NCBI RefSeq assembly: GCF_009914755.1
Contig: NC_060941.1
Strand: one strand, 5' to 3'
Length of the DNA stretch: 64,000 nt
Source of the DNA: the human T2T-CHM13v2.0 reference genome, Homo sapiens
The notes beneath the pieces are model-generated. The model was not told the origin of the DNA. It saw only the letters and a program-made list of their open reading frames with translations, and searched no databases. Below, piece after piece: positions 49,761-64,000 of this stretch. The position numbers and the translations under genes are program-made. The stretch's first letter is position 1. Each line of letters opens with the position of its first letter.

Positions 49761-52479
49761 ACCTTGAGCAAGTCCCCTCCCCTCTCTAAGCCTCCACTAT
49801 TTCAGCTACAGTTATCTTCAAGGGCCTGACAGCTCAGATTTGGCCCTCAGCCTCTGCTGGAGAGCTATTCTGCTCAACCACACACTGCAGGTTGTAATCC
49901 CGCTCTGCCTCTGACTTGCTGTGTGACCTTCAGCCCATCATCCAACCTCTCTGAATATTAGAGAATAATCACAATAATCTCTTGTAAGTGATGATAAACT
50001 ACTTGGCAGACAGAAAGGGCCCTGGGTCCTGTAAAATCATCAGTCTAACAACCAAAACTGCTGCCTGACTCTAAACTGTTTAAAATGTCAAGGGAAATTG
50101 ACATTTTACAAGCCCTGCAATTCCTACCTCAAAAGAAGGGCAGGGAAGTGAAGGTGGGAAGTGGAAGCTCACCAGGTCTGCTCACCACCCCTCCCAATCC
50201 AGCTCCTACCTCGGCACCTCCCCAACTCCTCTAATTCAGATCACCTTGGAAAATGCTAGGGGGAAGAAATGGTGATGGGGTGGGGTGTGCAGATCTTAAA
50301 GCACCCGGGGGTCTGACCCAAAGCAGAACTTAAACTCCATCAAGCTGCCCTACCAATCCCAAGTCCTGTGGGAACCTGTCAATTACAGCAGACAGTGGGC
50401 TGGGCCCTCCTACTGCCCCAAACCTTTAAACTACAACCAGCCAGAGCCCCTCAGTTTTCCCACCACACTCAGGCCTGGGACCCCAGGCCACCAACAAAAC
50501 CCAGCTCACGTGGATGCTCTGGCTCCTGCCTGTGGCGTCCACCCCAGGTGAGAGGATCTGGCTGAGGAGAGACCTCTGGTTTGAAGGATTAAGAACAACC
50601 CTGCTGCCCTGAAGACCTGTGACACAGCAAGTCCAGATGAAGGCTTCCTGAGTTCCAACAACTCCCAGCTCCACCTCAGCAGGGTGGATTCTCCCTTTCA
50701 CATGAGCCCCAGTTCTGCCCCACCCAGTCCACCTTTAGGTACCTGCCTCTGGGGGACCCAGAGTTTTCAGGCCCAGTTTCTGAAGACACATGCAGTCCTC
50801 AATGAATAGCCACTACCAGGGCCAGTGAGGGGGCCTCCAGGGAACTGGCTGGCTACCCAGACAGCCCAGGAGTGAGGCTGAGAGACCAGGTGGGAGTCAG
50901 GAAGGGCATAACCCACATGAGGAAAGTCTGGGGCGCAGGAGGAAGCCCTCAGGCACACACTCTGGCACCTGGGCCAGGCCAGGAGAGAGTAAACAAACTA
51001 GACACTCAGAGCTACCAGGCACCAGGTCATCAACTGTTCAAAGTTCAAAGCTCCCAAAGGAAGTGACCGCCAGCCTGTGGCCCCTCCCATGCCCACCCTC
51101 CACCCCCACCTACAACCCTTCTCATTCCCCTAATCCCTCAACACAATAGCTGCCCCCAAAGCCATGGTTTTCCTGGAATTGAGGCCACAACCCCCATGTC
51201 CTCAACCCAAAATGGACAAGCACACCTCCACCCGAGGCTATATATAACCCGTCATGTCAAATCCAGAAACCAGGAGGATGTTTCCTGGAAAGACTTCATC
51301 ACAAAAAAACAGAGAGGAAGCTGAGGAGGTGGGAAGCCATGGACAAAGAGCCAGTGAGGCTTGTCAGGAAGCCAGAGACCTCAGGAGAGCAACTTTCAAT
51401 ATCTCCAGATAGAAAGTAGCCCCTGAACTAAAAAGGGTGGGGAACATTAGGCCAGGCCTGTTGCCACAACAACAGGGCACCAACCTGCTCAAGAAAAGGG
51501 CTCCAAAGCACAAGGGAAAGGCGGCTGATTCAATGGGCTCTGTACTCACCGTCCTGCTCAGGTGATCTTGCTCTTAATCACCCAGGTGGCCTCCCCTCCC
51601 TTCCAGCACACCCCAGTGCATACACACTTCCCAGAGCTCACTTGCCACAGGGGCACTGATGAGGCCTTCTCGGCCACAGACACGCCAGGGGCTCCAAAAG
51701 ACAAGACGAACCCACACTAACTAGCCCAAGTCATTGGCAGGGTGAAGCAGGGAGGGAATCCAATTCTTTAATTCGGGGTGGCCATCTGAGGGAATGAAAG
51801 CCCTAGCCAGGACAGTCCCTCTCAGGAAGCATTCCCCCAGCCCTCCCCACACAAATACAAACTATGAGGCCAGCGCCAAACACATGCCCCATTGGCAAAG
51901 TGGTCAGGCAAAATGAATACCCGCTCAAAAACAAACTGGCTGTCTTCCTCCCCATCTCCCCCACCCCCCACCTCTAGCTCATTCTGGCCGCAACCTTTCC
52001 AACTAATCAGCAAGACACATGTGCCTTGCAGTAGGGCAACTCCCCCATCTCCACCCCCAAAACAAAGCCCCAATGCCTGGCCTGTCCCTGCGGGCCTTAT
52101 CGCACCCAGGAACATGACCCACACTCCTGGCCGGGTTTGGGACCAAGGAGCGCACCCCCACTAACAAGGGGCAGGGTGAGGGGGCAGCCACCCCTACCAC
52201 CTCCCCTTCCCATTGGCGAAACAACTGGCATGACAGGTTAGCAGGGCGGGGCGTCGGGGCGGTCTCTCCAGAGGCCTGGGGCAGCTTGTCCGACCTTCCC
52301 ACACGCACCCCACCCCTCTGCAGGGAAAGGTGAGGTGAGCATTCAGTCTCAGGGCACAGCCTGCACTCCCTAATCCCCAAAGCCTGCCACCATTCACCCT
52401 CTCATCTTCTGTCCCAAGAGGAGGGGGCCCAGGGAAGCGGGGTCTCCATTGTTTTGCCAGCTGTCTAGCAGCTGCTCCT

Positions 52480-53300
52480 TTGAGAGGAGCCCGCAGTCTG
52501 CCCGGCAGTGAAAGAGTGAAGGCCGCTGGGAGGGATAAAAGGGTCGGTAGAGGTGCTCCCCTTCCCCGCTGCCTTCCTCAGCGCCCCGCTCTCTCGCTCG
52601 CTCCATCGTGGGGCCTGGACGGGGGCAGGAGAAGTCCCCCCACCCTCGAGGCTGCAGCCCCCACCCCGCAGCTCCGGGCCACCTGGGCGCCTCCAAGCCC
52701 CAAATCCCCCCACACTGAAGGCCACCCTGTCCTGCCTCCCTGCGCCCCCCAGGTTGGCTGGAAGGGCCGGTGGTTCCCCCTTCCCCGCCGCTCCCGATCG
52801 GCCCCCACCCCCGGGCGTCGAGCTCCACGGCGCCGCCAGGGACGGGAGCCGGGAGTCCGGGCCGCTGCTTCCAGGGGACGGGGGAGGAGGAGGAGGAGCC
52901 GGCGGGCCCCGCCGCCCGCCCGCCCTCCCTCCCGGCCGGAGCCCGCCCCGCCGCCCCACCAAGCCGGGCCCGCCACCGAGCGGCCGCCGCCGCCGACCGG
53001 CACTCACCGGCCACCGGAGCCCGCCCGGCAGGCAGCAGAAGCGGAGACGCGGCATCCAGCAGCCTCGGCCCGGTCAGGGATGGAGCAGAGCGCAGCGCGG
53101 CGCAGCTCAGCGCCGCCCCCAGCGACCGCGCAGGCCGAGCCGAAAGGGAGCTCCCTGCTGGCGGCTGTGGGGATAAACGCCCGGCCTGCCTGGCAGCGCC
53201 AGTGCGCGCCGCCAGACGTGGGCCAGGCGGGCCGGGCGCTGCCCTGGCAGCCTCCGTCCGCTGTGGACTCCGAAGCCCCTCTCGCTGTGTCTGAGAGAGG
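52480..53300. promoter_or_regulatory. CpG island, main MYO18A promoter
   Basis: Very high GC and CpG density, multiple GC boxes, GCC repeats around exon 1. Confidence 0.9.
53008..53095 (-). other. MYO18A: MYO18A non-coding exon 1 (5' end approximate)
   Basis: Consensus donor CCG|gtgagtg at 53008 in the centre of a CpG island upstream of exon 2. Confidence 0.8.
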
Positions 53301-54466
53301 CCCTGCCTGGAGTTTCTGTCTGCACTGGGCACTGGAGGCTGTCCGAAAAGGGTCCGAAAGGGGCTGAGTGGCACTGCCTAGGACAGGCACCAGGGTCATG
53401 ATGAACGTATAGAAGAGGGGCTGTCCAAGGCAGGCACCGAACTCTGCAGGCTGTGTTCAAGGTAGTGCTGTCTAAAGGAAGCAATTAAGTCTTACTGGCC
53501 GCCTCCTCCCAAGGTGGCTCTGCAGAGGCACACACAGGGCCCTGCTGGATGGTGCCCCAGGCTCAGTCCAGACCAGGTACTGCCTGCCATGTCCGAGATG
53601 GCACTGCCAGAATGCACTCCCCAAGGTAAAAACAGACTCCCAATAGCTTGGTCTGATACAGCCCTGCCTCAAAATGGAGTGGATCAAGAGGCGTACCAGG
53701 GCCCGGGAGCCATGGCTGTAAGTGCCACTCACTCCCTAAAGGAGTTCACCAATGCCAAGATTAACACTTTCAGAAGCTCTTTGGAATGCAGTCTGTCCCT
53801 GGGTCCACTGTGTGCTGTAAATATCAAGTGAGCTGCTGTACCCACCAAGAAGACAGTTTATACTTCCTGGGAGAGGCCAAGGGACATCCAGATACCAGGC
53901 CTCCAAGATAGGTGTTATGTCTAGAGTTTGGAGAAAGAAAGAAATGGGGACACTTCCCTGGGCAGTGTCCATGCTGGAGTGGGGTGTGCCAGAATGTGGA
54001 AGAAACTGAGTGGGGTGGTGCAGGAAGAAGGGTGTAGCAGACAAATGCTGCTACCTCCCTAGACAGCCCAAACAGGAACTTCTCCAGGCAAGGGCAGCCC
54101 AACCTGACAGACCAGGGAAGGCTGGAGCAAGGAGGCTCAGAAAGCAGAGAGTTAAGTAAGAGTTAGGGAGTTCCTGAGGAATAGACCCAGGCGGGATACA
54201 CATTTTGGAATAACATGCAACTCAAATTCAATTTAACAAACTGCCTGCTAAGTGCCAAGTGCAGCCCCAGGCACTTGGGGTGACACAGAAGGAGATCAGA
54301 CATGGCATATCTCCAGGGAAATCACATGGGGAACAGGTAGACCTGAGCTGTGACAGTAGTAGGGTTCACCATGCTGGCATAACTTGGATGATGAGATAGG
54401 TGCTATGATGGGAGGCTTATTTGGCTTGAGGAGTGAGAAGAGCAGCTTCAAAAACATGACATTTGA

Positions 54467-54804
<338 letters not shown>

Positions 54805-55107
54805 CTAAGTAGGACAACGACTATCATTAGTGTTTCCTGAGTACCTATTATATACTAGACACTATCTCTACTCCTCACAATGAACCTATGAGGGAGACAT
54901 TATTATTATAGATAGGGGTTGAGTGCATGGACTCTGGAGCTGGATTGCCTGGATTCAAAATCTCAGTTCTGTAAAGTACTAGCTGTGTTACTCTGGGTGA
55001 TTTTTTATAAATCACCTCTCTGTGCTTCACTTTGCTCATCCAAAAAATTGGGATAATAACAGTGACTCCCTCCCTCAAAATTTGTTTTGAAAATTATATA
55101 AGCTTAG

Positions 55108-61505
<6,398 letters not shown>

Positions 61506-61977
61506 TTAAACAATAATTTTTTAATATCGTCAAACATTCTATTATCTCCATGATGGAATGATCTCCATAAATTCCAATTGTCTCCGTAAATGTCTTTTTT
61601 TAAAAAATGTCTGTTTGAATCAAGGTCCACACATTGCAGTGAGTTGACATGACTTTTAAGTATATTTTAATCTACAGGTTTCCCTTCTATCTCTTTCTGT
61701 TTTCCCCCTGCAACTTATTTGTTGAAGAAACATGGTCATTTATCCTATAGATTTTCTCACAGTCAGGATTTTGTTTATTGCATCCACATAATGTAGTTTG
61801 ATATCCTATCATTGGTAGATAGATCTAAGGCTTGATCAGCTTTGAGTTTGATTTTTTTTTGGCAAGAATATTTCTTATATCTGGAAGCACATAGTATCCA
61901 GTTGTCTCTGAAACGATACTTTAAGATATCAGAAATTAATGATTGTCTTCACTTGAAATATAAGAATATAAAAAGAG

Positions 61978-62400
61978 TCTATCCAGCAACAGATAAATGG
62001 ATAAACAAAATGTGGCATATACATACAACGTATGCACATTTTTATTCAGCCATAAAAAGGAATGAAATTTTAATACAGGCTACAACATGGATGACCCTTA
62101 AAAATGTTATGCTAAGTGAAAGAATCCAGACCCAGAAGGACAAATATTGTTTGATTCTCCTTATATGAGCTAACTAGAATATGCAAATTCATAGAGACAG
62201 AAAATAGAAGTTACCATGGACTAAGGGTGGGGGGAATTGTGAGTCATTGTTTAATGGGTATGGAGTTTCTACCGGGGATTATTTAAAGTTCTGGAAATGG
62301 ATAGTGGTGATGGTTGTACAATATTGTGAATGTACTTAATGCCACTGAATTGTACACATAAAATAATTTAAATGTACACATAAAATAGCTAAAATGCAGA
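61978..62400 (+). mobile_element. L1MB-like 3' end
   Basis: agataaatggataaacaaaatgtgg...ttattcagccataaaaaggaatgaaa...ggtgatggttgtacaatattgtgaatgtacttaatgccactgaa. Confidence 0.8.
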
Positions 62401-63393
62401 GATTAACTATTTTATACATAAAATAATTAAAGCCCAGGAGTTCGAGGCTGCAGTGGGCTATGAGCACATGACTGCACACCACCCTGGGTGACAGAGCCAG
62501 ACCCTGTCTTTAAAAAAAAAAAAAAAAAAAAGGTAAATTTTAGGTTATGCATATTTTACCACAGAAAAATTTGTTTAAGAGCCTGGCTATTGCATAGAAT
62601 ATGGCCCCTCTTACAAACCCCTGATGGCATAAGTTTATGTAGTGGCCTTTCTATGAACCTACAGCCTTACTCTTGCACTGATCTACACATAGCTGTGGGG
62701 CTCCTTCTACACTTCCAAGAATTTCCTGACCTCTGCCTGATTCTACAGTGAGCAGGGGATCCATAGCCCTGCCAGCCAGGAGCCCAGCTCCCCAGACTAT
62801 GGACATCTACAACCAGGAGGCAGCCAGGCAAATGCTTCTGGAGTTAAAAGGCTGAGATTGAGCCCTGCCTTTGCCACTTACTTGGCACAGGTGCTTCATC
62901 AAACGCCAACCTCTCCATCTCCACTCCTGTGCAATTGCAGCTACAAACTCTTACCTCGCAGGGTTATTGTAAGGATCAAATGAGGTCATACAATGGTCAA
63001 GTGCTGTACAAAGAGAGCTTTATGTTATTATGGTTGGAGTGATTCAGAAAGGATCAACCTAGTCACTTGTGCCCAGGAGTTTAAGACCAGCCTGGGCAAC
63101 ACAGTGAGATACCATCTCCACAAAAAATCAAAATGAACCAGGTGTGCCTGTAGTCCCAGGTACTCGGGAGGCTGAGGTGGAAGGATTGCTTGAGTGTGGG
63201 AGGTCAAACCTGCAGTGAGGTGTGATCGCGCCACTGCACTCCAGCCTGGGCGACAGAGCAAGACTCTGTCTCAAAAAAAAAAAAGGTTCAACTTAGGACT
63301 TAGGTCATCAACTTTAAGGAAAATTGATACCTTCAGAAGCTAGCTCTTTGCAAGCTAAACTTTTCTTGACATCACTCATGGTAAGGTCAGCAG

Positions 63394-63498
63394 TAGGGTG
63401 ACCAACTCTGCTGGTTTGCCCGAGACTGAGGGCATTCCCAGGATGGGAGTTTTCAGTGCTAAAACTGAGAAAGTTCTGGGTGTGAGTTGGTCACCCAA
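63394..63498. mobile_element. MER81-like hAT-Blackjack MITE
   Basis: Terminal inverted repeats tagggtgaccaactc and gagttggtcacccaa about 105 bp apart. Confidence 0.75.
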
Positions 63499-64000
63499 GC
63501 AGTAACCGCCCAATTGCTAATTCTAGAGCCTGCCTCCCTGGCCTGCTAGTCAATGCCTATTCGACCTGCCTTCCTTCTAGAACTTGGCCTCCAGAAGTAC
63601 TTGTGGATCTCCTGGCTAGATATACTTCCTCTGTTTGACTTTCATTGCTGACACTTCTCAGGATTTCTTCCTTTGCCTTTTGCTCTTATGATCCTACACT
63701 CCCTCCTTGGGAGATCTTGTTCATTCTCAGGACTCCTAAACACCTCCCACACAGTGGATAACTCCCAAATCTCCACGCAGACATTACTCTAGAGGCCAGC
63801 CTGGTATGTCCACCATCACTTACAAATACCCTCAGCTGTATCCAAAGTGAAATGTACAACCTTCACCACAGACTTTTTCCTTTTGGTTAATAACCCTAAC
63901 CCTCTTTTGCTGGGGCCAGAAGTCCACTTTCCCTTCCTCCTTCCTCTCCTTCAGCCACCATCCTCAGGCACCAAGTCCTACTGATCTAATCCCTAAATAT

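Noticed and set aside
52394-53484. Many overlapping 125-326 aa ORFs on both strands
   Set aside because: Expected from stop-codon scarcity in a CpG island; low-complexity products with no recognisable domain.

Overview
Mammalian (human-type, Alu-rich) genomic DNA holding the 5' part of MYO18A (unconventional myosin XVIIIA) on the minus strand, plus about 11 kb of repeat-rich upstream DNA. Readable parts are: a CpG-island promoter with non-coding exon 1 (donor at 53008); the alpha-isoform exon 2 (39715-38636; 999 coding nt for the KE-rich region and PDZ domain); and an internal promoter with the beta-type first exon encoding Met-Arg (13041-13036). Inside the long intron lies a chain of phase-0 exons building an alternative MYO18B-like N-terminus, the likely human counterpart of sarcomeric Myo18A-gamma: MAFSSRFAFWEQK (6536-6498), VKEEDKTLPKPGSPGKEEGA (4142-4083) and a 231-codon polyproline exon (1264-572). 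The common motor-domain exons lie beyond the left edge. The most unusual observations are a non-canonical GA donor (AAG|GAAAGT) at the MYO18B-equivalent exon boundary with an in-frame canonical donor downstream, a candidate 9-nt microexon, a 77-bp ATG-dead copy of the alpha start region, a ~300-bp inverted templated insertion inside an Alu, a near-spacerless inverted Alu fusion and an Alu-split MADE1. Repeat coordinates and subfamilies were read by eye and are approximate; protein comparisons are from recalled sequences, not from a search.
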